The position numbers were made by a program, and so were the translations under genes. DNA of 64,000 nt. Source: Eledone cirrhosa (taxonomy: Eukaryota). Shown in pieces: positions 13,566 to 25,252 of the stretch. The DNA lies in assembly GCA_964016885.1 (NCBI GenBank), contig OZ024758.1, positions 29,016,001-29,080,000 of the forward strand, read 5' to 3'. The first letter of the stretch is position 1; each line of letters begins with the position of its first letter. The notes beneath the pieces were generated by a model that saw only the letters and a program-made list of their open reading frames with translations, searched no databases and was not told the DNA's origin.

Positions 13566-16500
13566 ATTTATTAAAAAATATTTAATTGTTCTTATGAATT
13601 TGTATATTTTGTTACCCTGTAGAGAGCAGGATAGACTCCAGTATTTTTTAATGATTTATGGGTTGGTAGGGGGGAAAATCAGTTGTTTTTTGTTTTGTTT
13701 TTTTGTGTAGTGCCAAGTCAGCAGTGACCAAGTAGGTAGTTGGCCCAACTTTGTTTTTCTTTCTTTTTGATGTGTTACTGTTTCTGACTATAGAAGCCAA
13801 TTTGAGAATTGAGGTCGCTTCCAATAGTATTGAAATGAAATTATAGCTTGCACCTATGTAGGTTTAGTTTGCCTCCAATGAGGGTGCATCTCATAAGGGG
13901 TTTCTCAGGTGTTTTAAAGATATATATGTGTGTATGCGTGAAGGCATGCAGCTTAAGGCTGCATAAGGTTGTGAGTTGAATTCCTGGTGGTGCATTGTGT
14001 CCTTCAGACAGACACTTTATTTCATGTTACCTGAGTCCACCCAACTGGCAAAAGTGAGCTGTACCTGTATTTTAAAGATCTAGCCATGTTATATTCTATA
14101 TCACACTGTATCTCTCTGGTGCAAATATTGGTGAAATGCTCAGCCACTTGCACATTAATTTCACAAGCAGAATATTCTATTACTTAGACAACTGGAACAC
14201 TCACCGTCAGAACCAACAGAGATCCAACACAATTGTTTCTAGTTTTGGCACAAGGCCAGCAATTTGAAGAGAAGGGAAAGTCAGTTACATCAACACCCAG
14301 TGTATTACTGGTACTTTATTTTATCGATCTGTAAAGATGAAAGGCAAAGCTAACTATGGCAGGATTTGAAATCAGAACGGGAAGGGCCATAACTCTATGT
14401 CGCTAAGCATGTTGTCCGACACTCTACCAAATCTGCCTTTGGAGATGGAGAACTTCTTTCAGATGTGCCGAGGGGCAGTTTGGAGATAAAGGTATCAAAT
14501 ATTATTAAGAAGGGGACTAGCAATGGTGTGATTATGTTTTGGCAATTTAATCAGCCAATGATATAAGCTTAGCATAAATCAAGAGAGGAAAAGACTCCTA
14601 CAATTTACTATAATTAACATCAACATAGTCTATTCTAACAGAACAACCATTGATGTATGGATGAGCCATTTGACCTAACTTTTGTTTTACATATAAAAAA
14701 ACAGTAAAATTTGGATTAAATGTCATTATGACAGATTATATTGATCTAAGTAACTTTAAAGTAAAACAACAAAACCATCAAATTTAGATTACTTTGTAAA
14801 ACCCAATATATATGTTAGTTTCTATGGTAATTAACATCAACTTGTGTGTGTGTGTACTTTTTTTTTATCAACCTCAAAAGGATGATTTAAAAAGAAGTAT
14901 CAGTCTAGTATTGAGGCTATCGCTTTCTCACCCTTGCTGGGAGAAATCTGCTGTGTTCAGACCTGGACAGGGATGGGCTCTGCCAGGCTTAAAATGCCCA
15001 AGAAATACTATATGCCACTACAGTGCCCTACAACTCCATCAGGGTTTACGGGGTCATACCATATATGTGTTTGTGCATGTATATGAATCATCAGTATTTA
15101 ATGCCTGTTTTTCCAAACTGGTTGTCACAGACCAACTCAGACTTAATTGGCGCTACTGTCTTCCCAGACAATTACATGTTCTAGTTTTAGAATACTTTCT
15201 ACAGCTAGATGTCCTTTCTATCACCCACAACTTTACAGAATATACTTGGTGCATTTTATCATGACATCAGTACTATGGTGATTGTCATGTCCTTGGCACA
15301 ATGGAAGAGACCTCTCAGCCTTTTGTCTAGCATGTTTATTTTACTAATACCATGTTTATTTTGCTAATACCAACCATTTTAGAGAGTGTACAGGGTGCAT
15401 CTTTCATGGCACCAATAGTAGAAAGTTTGTTGTGTAGAGAGGCATGGTTTGTATAGCTAGATCCTCTTCCTAAAAGGCCAATGAATGTTGTGAATCTATT
15501 TCTGGAGGTGGTCAGTCATTGACTTGACTGAAGAGCCTAGTAGTGGAAAAACACAACTGGGTTCAAGTTTGATATTTTTTATCAAGGATTTTTTATATTT
15601 ACATTACATATAGAAATATGAAACAATTCCAGTGGAGGGCCCACTTCATTTTGGCTAACTAGTTGCTGGATTGTGACTAATTAGTCACAATCTGATGACT
15701 CTGTGGGTTAGTTGATGTAAACAAAGCCCTCCATAGGGATTTGAGTTCTTCCTCAATTAATGGCCTTCCCAGTCTTCAAACCATATGTATGATTGTGTAC
15801 ACACATGCACACACACACACATACAGTTGTTCACATACGCTCTAAGGTATTTTCATGAGGCATCAAGTTGGCAGTCGTTAACATGCCAGATAGAATGCTT
15901 TGTAGTATTCATTATGGCTCTCAGCACTGTCAGTTCAATCCCACTGTCAATTTTACCTTTCATCCTTTTAAGCTTGATAAAGTACCAGTCTAGTACTGGG
16001 GCTGATACTACTACATTCCTCTCTCCCAGAAATCAGCTGTGTACAAACCTGAAGAGGGATCGGTTCCACCAGATATAAAATGCAGAGGAAAGACTCCAAC
16101 AATGAAATTAGAAATTGACTCAGCTTCCCCGGGGAATTCTTTTTTCTTTACTGCTTATGACAATGGAAGTAGATATGATGATTACATTAGAGGCTATAAA
16201 TTTCAAGTATTACATATCCTTCTTGCAAGTAAAGGTTGGAACAGTGCTCAATTCATTTATTCAAGTTTTCCCTCTTGCCTAGAATTAGGTCACCGGTTTA
16301 GAAAAGGAGGAAACTTTCATAACTTGAAGACTGGAAGCAGTTTTTATTTTGCCATACATCGTTAAAAAGCACCCAGTCCACACTGTAAAAGTGGGTGGTA
16401 TTAGGAAGGACATCCAGCCATAGAAACCAAGCCAGAATCAGTTCTGTATGAATGAGCAAGACACGGTCACTTGGTTTGTCTCTCAACAGGACACCTCGTC

Positions 16501-17024
16501 TAAGCCATGCTTGTGTGGGGAAAATGGCCGTTAAACAGTGATGATGATTATTGTGCTATCTCTTATATTTTAGGCACACTGTATATTGTATGTAACTCAG
16601 TTTGTGCCAATAGTTATTAGCTCACTTGCAGGCTGTTCTTTGGTGCTTTTGACTTTATTACTTTAAACTGATTGGCTGTGACCCTTTGTTGGAGACAGGG
16701 AACTATTCCACATGAAATGAGAAATGTCAATATCGTGACAAAGCCAACTGTAATAACTAAAAAGGAATTTATTTGTTCAACATAACAGGAAAAGTATTTT
16801 CCCACATTCTCTTAAAATAACTACAAAATATGGTACAGATTATGCAACCATAAAGTCAGTGTGGCTTCTTGTCTGGTTGACCTACCACTGGTAAGACACT
16901 CATATTGTGTCAAGCTTCAGGAAAAGTGGTTTTTGGCAAGCTCGCTGGATGCATCAGTTGCTGTCAAACAGCCGACATGTGAGGCACTGTATTACTTGTC
17001 GAATTGTCATTTTGTCAATACTGT

Positions 17025-17400
17025 CAACAAGGATCCTTAGTCTCTGGATACCATGATAACTGGAAATGAGACATGGGTGTATCGGTACAACCTGGAAACA
17101 AAAGCTCATTCAACATAGCCAACAGACCCAAAAAGCAGCTCAGGTGCAGAGCAAAATTCAGGTAATGCTGATTTTTTTTTCTGCTACCAAAGTGTTGTGC
17201 ATCAGGAAATCCTCTGTGATCTTTTTGATGCAATTTAGCACAAGAGACCAGATTTGGCATCTGCATCATGACAATGCCCCAGTTCATTCATCACAGCTCA
17301 TCCAAGTTTTTTTTTACTCACTTGCCTGATATGGCTCCTTCATACAGATTGCAACACTGGAGCTGAAAGCCATTCTGTAAGAAACATTCCAGACATGCTT
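17025..17400 (+). pseudogene. Mariner transposase fossil
   Basis: Broken frames give MITGNETWVY (ITGDETW), SKIQVMLIFF, WHLHHDNAPVH (HDNA) and a PDMAP-like motif, in the order expected for mariner DD34D transposases. Confidence 0.7.
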
Positions 17401-17696
17401 TGAACTGGAAATATCACTGGGTTAAGTATAGAGAGACACAAGGTGTCTACTTGGAAAGGATTAGTAATTGAACCCCAAGTATTTAATGTTTCCAAGCCTT
17501 TTTCAACAAATCTCATATAGAACATTTACATATATATCACATGTGGGTATATGTGTCTCCCCCACATCAATTCCTTCCCTTACTATCTAAATCCTCCCTA
17601 CTTATTCCCTCCTCTCATATTGCTCACATACCGACTAACATATACTGCCCACATATAAGGTAGGGTATCTTAGATTTTTATACATCCACCAATCTT

Positions 17697-18001
17697 GGAG
17701 GCACATGGCTTAGTGGTTAAAGCATTGGCCTTGCAATCAAAAGGTTGTGAGTTCAATTCTCAGACATTAATTCACATTGCTCCAGTTTACTCAGCTGTAG
17801 AAATGAGATGATAGGGACTGGGGTCCATATCATTCCACTGCAAAGTGGACGTGTAGGCGCCACGGAAAAAAAGCACCCAGCACACACTGTAAATGAGGTT
17901 GGTGTTAGGAAGGGCATCCAGCTGTAGAAATCAAGCCAGAATCGGTTCCCGTCCCACCCTTGCAAGCAGGGAAAAGCGGACGTAAAATGATGATGATGAT
18001 G
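17697..18001 (+). mobile_element. CORE-type SINE with RTE-derived 3' tail
   Basis: GGAGGCACATGGCTTAGTGG head, (GAT)n tail, AATCTT flanking direct repeat. Confidence 0.85.
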
Positions 18002-18016
18002 AATCTTGTGAACATG

Positions 18017-18285
18017 GAAGCATGTGGCCTAGTGGTAAGGATGTTGGACTTATGACCATAACATTATGGATTCAATTCCTGGACTGGGTTGTCTCTTGTG
18101 TTCTTGAGCAAAACACTTCATTTCATGCTGCTCCAGTATACTCAACTAAATATAAGTACCAGCAATAGCTGCAATGGTCTGTCATCCTGTCTTGTCCAGG
18201 GGGAGTATTGTACTCTGTTGCTTAATGCCATGGAAACCGGGATAAACACTGGCCCAGTGAGCCTCCGGGCTTGAGACAGACTTAT
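18017..18285 (+). mobile_element. tRNA-derived CORE-type SINE
   Basis: A-box TGGCCTAGTGG, B-box-like GATTCAATTCC, CORE-like domain. Relatives at about 12317-12540 (-), 13938-14220, 18758-18905, 32125-32230 and 56058-56290. Confidence 0.75.
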
Positions 18286-19104
18286 CAACATCTGTCACTT
18301 TCACAAAAGTCCCACCCTCCACTGCCTTTCACTGGTTTAGGCCACAATGAATACTCACTCAGCCACATGGTTAAACGGGTACCACAAGAAAATGCACCCA
18401 GTACATGCTGTAAAGTGGTTGACATTAGGAAGGGCATCCTCCATCTGTAGAAACTTAAGGAAGTCAGTCGTTCTGACCTGTCTAATCTCGGAACACAAGA
18501 ACCCATCCAACCCATGTCATCATGGAAAACAGACATAAAATATTGATGATGGTGAGTGTGTATCATCATCATCATCAACGTTTAATTTCTATCTTCCACG
18601 CTAGCATGGGTTTAGACGGGAATTTGTCCTACTTGAGGCAAGATTGGTCGGGTGACCATGCCTTGCTCATTTAGGGCTGTCTGGCAGGTCTTCTACGGCT
18701 GGATGCCTTTCCTAACACCAACCACGTTTACAGTGTGTATGTATATATATGTGTGTGTGAAGGCGCACGGCTTAGTGGTCAGGGCGTCAGGCTTACAATC
18801 CTGAGGTTGAGAGTTCGATTCTCGGACCAGGCTTTGCGTTGTGTTCCTGAGCAAAACACTTTATTTCACATTGTTCCAGTTCACTCAGCTGTAGAAATGA
18901 GTTTACCCATCTATGGGTTAAATAGCTTCACCAACCCGCAGTTGACCAAGCGTGGTGACTACAGCTACACCCCTGACAATCAAAACAGAAAACGGTCCAA
19001 TAGGAGTGAAAAGGCCCTGGATTGAATTGAATGTATGTATATGTGTGGAAATATTTATGATGTATATATTTATTTATAAGGTGCATGTGTGTGTTTTTAC
19101 TCTA

Positions 19105-20081
19105 CCAACATGGGCTGGACGACACTTTCGAGAATGGCCTTAATGACATGTCAAGCAATCCTGTTGGATGAACTATCGATCAGTGGAGACTCCACTTCGT
19201 CATTCTATAGAGGGTTGATCCGCAGCAAGTGCGACGACGCGCTCGGTGAAACTCTGGGCGTAGAGGAACACGAACTGGCCAGTCTGTTCGGTAGGACGTT
19301 CCGCCCGGGACCGATGGACAACTTCCAAAAGTCCCTGGCCTGGCAGTGCTACCGAGGAGCTCTACCAGTTTGAGACAAGCTCCACAGACATGGGCGCCCA
19401 GGCAGGGACCCTTCGAAAAAGATCTGTCCGAGGTGCTTGCGAGACGAAGAAACCATCGGGCACGCATTCATACACTGCTCGGACATTACCGACCTGTGGG
19501 GCTATGTAGAACGCCTATTGTCGCGGGTGGGACCAATCCGGTTGACCACCGAGTCCATTGTCATGATCAAACCGCCACCCTCCTTCAAAAACGAAGGAGA
19601 GGAGGTTTTCTTTGTGTGATAGCTATGGCGAAAGAGGTTGTATGGTGGACAAGGTTGAAAGGGCTGAGGTCAGACACCTTTCTCTCCGGCCAACAACTGA
19701 TTCTTTTTTTCAAATACCACTTTAGAAGAAGAATCAGGATGGAGAGAGAGGTACTGTACCCCCAGCAAGTTTTATGAAAGGTGGGTGAAAGTGGCGAGAA
19801 TGGCCCGAGTGAATGGGCCTTCTCTCTATATCAGCCTGTAGGTTGAGGAAAAAGAGGAGAGGAAAGGGGTACAAACTCTTCGTACTCCTGGAGATGAGGG
19901 TTGCACATTTTTTCCGGGATATGTGTTACACTTATGTAATGTCCTCCCCCTATTGGGGAAAATCGATTAACTTTTAAATTGTATTTGTGATAGTATTTTA
20001 CACGTTTTTATTGTATGTAAACTTCTCCCTTTGTATTTGTCCCCTTCTTTTGTGTCCCTGTGGCTAATAAAGAAACATATA
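19105..20081 (+). mobile_element. L1/Tx1-type LINE 3' fragment (zf-RVT C-terminus + 3' UTR), pseudogenised
   Basis: Interrupted frame reads KSLAWQCYRGALPV*DKL...CPRCLRDEETIGHAFIHC...LW (CCHC knuckle typical of L1/Tx1 ORF2), then AKEVVWWTR; 3' UTR ends AATAAAGAAA. Confidence 0.8.
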
Positions 20082-20273
20082 TTTTTTTTGCCAGTTGGGA
20101 ATTACGTGATACACGTGTCTGTGAAATTCTCAAGCACCTTACACGCTAATTTAACGAGTTAGTGGTTCACTCGTTTGAACGGGACGTATATTTGTCGATC
20201 TCGATGAGAAAATCCATCATCATATATGTATTGGTACATGTGATTATGTGTGTATGCATATGTATACATGTAT

Positions 20274-20321
<48 letters not shown>

Positions 20322-20325
20322 TATA

Positions 20326-20620
20326 TAATATAAGATCAAAAGATGGTTAAAAGAGTTCCATGTATTTTATTATGTGATTTCAAAAACAAATATCATCATG
20401 GGATGATATTTGCGTTCTCATCAGATAAAATCGGGAGACATGATATGAAGCTTAAAAAACACTTCCGAGCAGTGAAGTGTTAAATCTACACACATGGAAC
20501 TCTTTTAACTATCTTTTGATCTTATATTATTTATACTCCAATCCTATAAACTGTTGAGTGCTACTTATCCGCTATTTGCATTGCTTTATTGTGCTACAAT
20601 AAAACTCACCTCCTACATTA
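20326..20620. mobile_element. Penelope-like element terminal-repeat remnant in (TA)n with inverted duplication
   Basis: Flanked by TA tracts; carries the hammerhead motif; 34-bp inverted repeat (20330-20363 / 20492-20525, one mismatch). No PLE protein-coding sequence seen. Confidence 0.5.
20364..20431 (-). ncRNA. Minimal type-I hammerhead ribozyme motif (Penelope-like element type)
   Basis: Minus strand: AUUUUAU (stem I) - CUGAUGA - GAACGCAAAUAUCAUC ccau GAUGAUAUUUGUUUUU (stem II) - GAAA U cac A UA - AUAAAAU (stem I partner). Both core boxes and an AUA cleavage triplet are in register. Confidence 0.7.
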
Positions 20621-20735
20621 TATATATATATTTAGTTATAGCTCTGATTTATTTAAATTATGGAGCACTCTGCCGCTCATATCGAATTTTGTTTATCGTG
20701 AACTCGTGCGCCGATTTTTCGATACTCGATTATTC

Positions 20736-20802
<67 letters not shown>

Positions 20803-21109
20803 GTGTGTGTGTGTAGAGAGAGAGAGGGGGGGGGCTTGATTCCCGATGTATATAGGGAAGTGACCAGTTAAAAAAGGGTACTCATTACGTTAGTAGAGTA
20901 TAAGCATATTTCTATTATAGAAATGACTTCTACAGGACTAAGACTGTTTCATTTGTAAGAAATCATCGGTACTTTCCTGACGTCCCTTTACGGTCTGAGT
21001 TCAAATCCCGTCGAGGTTAACTTTTTACCTTTCATCCTTACGGGGTCGATAAAATAAAGTACCAGTAATGCACTGGAGAAATTGCTGGCCTTGTGCCAAA
21101 AGTAGAAAC

Positions 21110-21153
<44 letters not shown>

Positions 21154-21155
<2 letters not shown>

Positions 21156-21343
21156 CGAAGGAAATGTGGTAAGGAACCAGGTGGACCATAACGCACCAAA
21201 GTACTCAATACTTGGGGTAGTAGAGTGGGTAATAGGAACCAGTAAGACCCCGACGGCTGAGCTCAAGCCGTTTCGACGGCTAATTCTGGTCCAGAATTAG
21301 CCGTCGAAACGGCTTGAGCTCAGCCGTCGGGGTCTTACTGGTT

Positions 21344-21348
<5 letters not shown>
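21154..21348. mobile_element. Second Penelope-like remnant in (TA)n containing a perfect 117-bp palindrome
   Basis: Arms 21232-21289 and 21291-21348 are exact reverse complements around one T. Contains GAAA-stem III-GTC, the 3' half of a hammerhead. (TA)n on both sides. The palindrome is certain; the PLE assignment is inference. Confidence 0.55.
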
Positions 21349-21388
<40 letters not shown>

Positions 21389-22022
21389 CCACCAACCTAA
21401 AGAAAATAAAAATATAACACCTTGAGTATTTTGTCTCATTAAACAGGAAATTCTGCGTAGTTAAAAATTATGCCCACTGTCCATTCTGTGGTTAACCCAA
21501 CTTGAAAACTGTCAATATTACATTTTTTTCTTGTTAGAAGTTACATATTTGTGTATTATACCAAACCTATTTAGTCATTAGTATTTAAAATAATTTACGT
21601 TTCTTGTGTGTTCGTAAACGAATTTTAGCACATCTGGTAAATATTATATGCTTTATTTCATAGTCACGAAATAAATAAGTAACAGGCTTTATTTAAACAA
21701 AATGGAGCTAAGGATTGGCAATGATTTGAATGAATTTTTGTTTTGCTTTCTTTTTGTTTTCTTGTTCAGTCTCCTTCTTCCATCACCCCCGTCTCCCTGT
21801 TACTTCTATCAGCTCTTACTGTAGTACCACCGTCATCTTTATCACTGCTACTGCTGGCAACTACTGCCACACACTGTAATATAATGTTTCATTCTCAACG
21901 CTATTGAAACTAACTAAATGTTCACTTCGGGTGAGTGAGAAAGTTTTGAAAACTCGCAGCTGATAAAACAAAACTCAGTTAAAAGCTTTGCCATTAAATA
22001 TACTATTGTTATATTGTAAAGA

Positions 22023-22424
22023 ATGAATCGGGGAACTGCACCTCCACCACCAGAAAAACCGCCTTCCGTGGCTGAAAGAACAAGACTTTTGAAATCTAGT
22101 TTTCGTCGTGATGATGTTGACAGGCCTAAAGTTGTTGACAAATCCCGTCTTTTGTGTGAGAAGCCTGATGCCAATCCTGTGCTGATGACCTCTTCCTGGA
22201 TTGCTAATGGAGAAGGAACTCCATCCCAAAACATTAGTGGTGGTATCCCAGTTCAATTAACTTCCATACCTAATACAACAACAACTACAGTAAACAATAC
22301 TCATATAACTGGTATCTCTAATCGGTCTCCGATGCAGTCTCCGATCTCTGAAAATAAACCTGTTAACGGTGTATCAAATACTATTATAAATACAGATTCT
22401 AACAAAGAAAATTCCAAGTTGGTT
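22023..22424 (+). CDS. SEPT7: Septin-7-like gene, first coding exon (low-complexity N-terminal extension)
   Basis: ATG at 22023 opens a stop-free frame (MNRGTAPPPPEKPP...NKENSKLV) ending at a GTAAGT donor at 22425. 402 nt = phase 0, matching the phase-0 start of the septin exon at 37090. Lies in a CpG-retaining zone. Linkage to the septin exon is inferred from phase and position. Confidence 0.72.
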
Positions 22425-24479
22425 GTAAGTACTATTTCCCCCTTAGATTCCGATTGAATCGTCTTCTATTTATTGTTTTCTTATACGTTAATATACGACT
22501 GTGACCAAATTTGTCACTATATTTCTCCTTTTGGATTGATACTAAGGGAAGTATAGAATTCATGTTGTTTTCCTTATTAGGTATCATTTATTTTATTTAT
22601 TTTTTACCGTTTATTATTAGCTCTATTGTTAATTTAGTCTGACTCAGACCCTTCCCTTCAGACCCCATCAACTTCCATCTGTTCAGCTTAATTGTTTATT
22701 TTTATGCAGTCATTCTATGCTGATATAACTATAAATTGTATTCGATGTTGTTAATTAATAACTAAAATTATTAAATTTTCTATAAATTATTAAAAAAACA
22801 ACAACTTTAAAATGGTAAATAAAATTGTCGGATTTGGAACCTAATGGTTCCCTATACAAATCCCTTACAGAATTGAGTCAACTTTCGTTGAGTCCGTAAG
22901 AAATATTCTATTAATTCGTATTTCTTGGTTGTAGTCAAATTCTACAACCAAATGTCAATATTTGCAGACTGTTCACTCTTGAGAAGGAAGCCATTTGGTT
23001 TTATTTATTCATTATTAAATTTCAATAACGGTGTTTAATTTTTCAAGTGCGTGGTATTGCTGTCGTTTAAATTATTTTGTAAACATTAAAAAATGGAGAG
23101 CAATGTTTATATAAGGAATATAGTGTGTTGGTTGTTATAACAGTTTCGTCACATTGAAAAGGCGAATAGATAAAGAGAAAGCGTAGTAAACCAAGCGTGA
23201 AGTTTATTTCATCTACAGGTAGACGATCGGATCGTGTTGTGTGTAGGTGAGGGAAGAGCTGGATAGTGTTATGGTTAAGGTGTTGCTTTTGTGAGTCATG
23301 GTTTATTCTGCATGAACTCTGTTGTTTCGTGAATAAACATCACAGAAAAAGCATGCATAATCTCCAGGATACGGGAACAATTACTCGATTTGATGTTTAT
23401 TTATGATTTTAGTTGTCGTTAAGCTTCATGTTTTGTAAATCAACCGTTAAATCAGCTGCTCTTGCTAACGTATTCTGTATAATTATATATTTATATATAT
23501 ATATATACACGCACACACACACGCACTTCTATTGATCTCAGTAATTGGATTGTAGCCATGCTTCAAAGGTTTAGTCGATCATATCGGCGTCAGTACTTAT
23601 TTCGATGGACTTAAAGAACCAACACGTAAAAAGTGATAGTTATTTTTTTCTCGATTACTTTGAAATAAACCAAGAAACACAATACCTTCGTTCTTTAATA
23701 CTTTCGAACATTTTTCTATACTCTATATCTCTCACTGATGGGGCTGAAAAAAATCAAACCAGTGCCTATGTAGAGATTCATAACACCCCTTCCACGTGTA
23801 TTACAATGGGTCTAGAATAGGTACTACGTTCCTGTTGATATTCAGTATCAGCATGCTTTTTAAAAAGCCCGTTAAGTTTAAGTTTGTCTATCTTCAGTAA
23901 AGAATGAAAATCTATATTATAATAAATATACATTTTACGTTCGCCACAGGAACGCTACGCTATATCAAAAGTGTTCTTTAAAAAAATTTTTTTAGATTTC
24001 ATGGAACACTAATGTCAAACCGGGGAATGAGCAAATGTTGTCAATTTGGTGAAAAAATGAATCTTACTTATTCCGTCCATAAAACGAGTTATATACTTAG
24101 TATTCAATAATTGTTTCTACTTTTTGGCACAAGGCCAGCAAATACCCAGTACATTACTGGTACTTTATTTTATCGACCCCGTAAGGATGAAAGGCAAAGT
24201 TAACCTCAGCGGGATTTGAACTCAGACTGTAAAGGGATGTAACTATGCTAGAAAGCATGGCGTCCAGCCCTCTACCAATACTGCCAATTTCAATAATGAA
24301 AGGCTTACAGAATGAAATTATTCTATGAATAAAGAAAAAACATGTCGATACTTAAGGTCCACTCTTATTTTAGTCTGGTACTTATTTTATCAAGGTCTAC
24401 ATGAACAGCCCAGTTAAGGGTACATAAAGGAACGTAGTGCATGTTCTCACACACATGTAGGATTTATAGTCTCATGAAG

Positions 24480-24925
24480 GACTGTAGAGAATTGTTTAAG
24501 ATAAAGAGATGCTGTAAAGTACCAAGCAGATAGTGTTAAAATAAATGATGTATCTAGCAATTATGTATGGAGGCAAAAGCTGGAATATAACAAACAAGGT
24601 AGGAGGAAATGGGATGCATTCAAAATGGGGGTCTGGAGAAAATTAAGAATATCATGGACATGATAAACAGAAAAATTGTAAGAGGAATTAGATGTAGTGT
24701 GCAAGAGAGAAGACTGTTGTGGAAATGTGATGTGTATATAGGATGGTTGCTGGGTGAAGAAGTGCCAGGAGATGCCAGTAGAGGAAGACTGAGGAAAACA
24801 TGATCATCTGAGCTGATCTCAAAGCACTGAACCTCACAGAGGAGATGATGAAGGAATACAATGAGTGGTGGCAGGCTGTGTTGACCCACAAAAACATGGA
24901 AAGATGGACATAAAATGATGATAGA
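24480..24925 (+). mobile_element. Degenerate RTE LINE 3' fragment
   Basis: Encodes RGIRCSVQERRLLW and RGRLRKT, homologous to RGIRCCLLERRLRW and GRPRKTW; ends GGACATAAAATGATGA. Confidence 0.6.
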
Positions 24926-24968
24926 CAGAAAGAACAACAAACATAGTGTAACAAGTGACACTCCAGTG

Positions 24969-25252
24969 CAGTGTTTGCCAACCTTTTGGACTTCATGGAT
25001 CACTAATATCAATGGTCAATGGTTGAAACAATAGGTGTGTCATAGTCAATAGATGATACATATGTGTAAAATTCTTTCATGGATGTTAGTTCTTTACTGA
25101 GGAGAAACATTTTTTAGGGGTGTTATCAAATATATTTTAACCAAATATCATTTTTGTGTTATGATTAATAAAACATAAAAATTGCAAATAATGTCCACAT
25201 TTTTCTGCGGACCACCAAAATTTTCTCTGGGATCACTGTTTGGTGACCACTA
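24969..25252. mobile_element. hAT-type MITE
   Basis: TIR CAGTGTTTGCCAA / TTGGTGACCACTA; 8-bp TSD CTCCAGTG / CTCCAGAG. Confidence 0.7.

Larger units (their letters stand above)
20400..24250. promoter_or_regulatory. CpG-retaining zone around the septin first exon (probable unmethylated promoter region)
   Basis: By eye, CG dinucleotides are common here, while flanking DNA and old repeats show CG>TG/CA decay. Not quantified. Confidence 0.45.

Noticed and set aside
18758-18830. tRNA gene
   Set aside because: A and B boxes are present but continue into a CORE SINE body; it is a SINE head, as are the other tRNA-like sequences.
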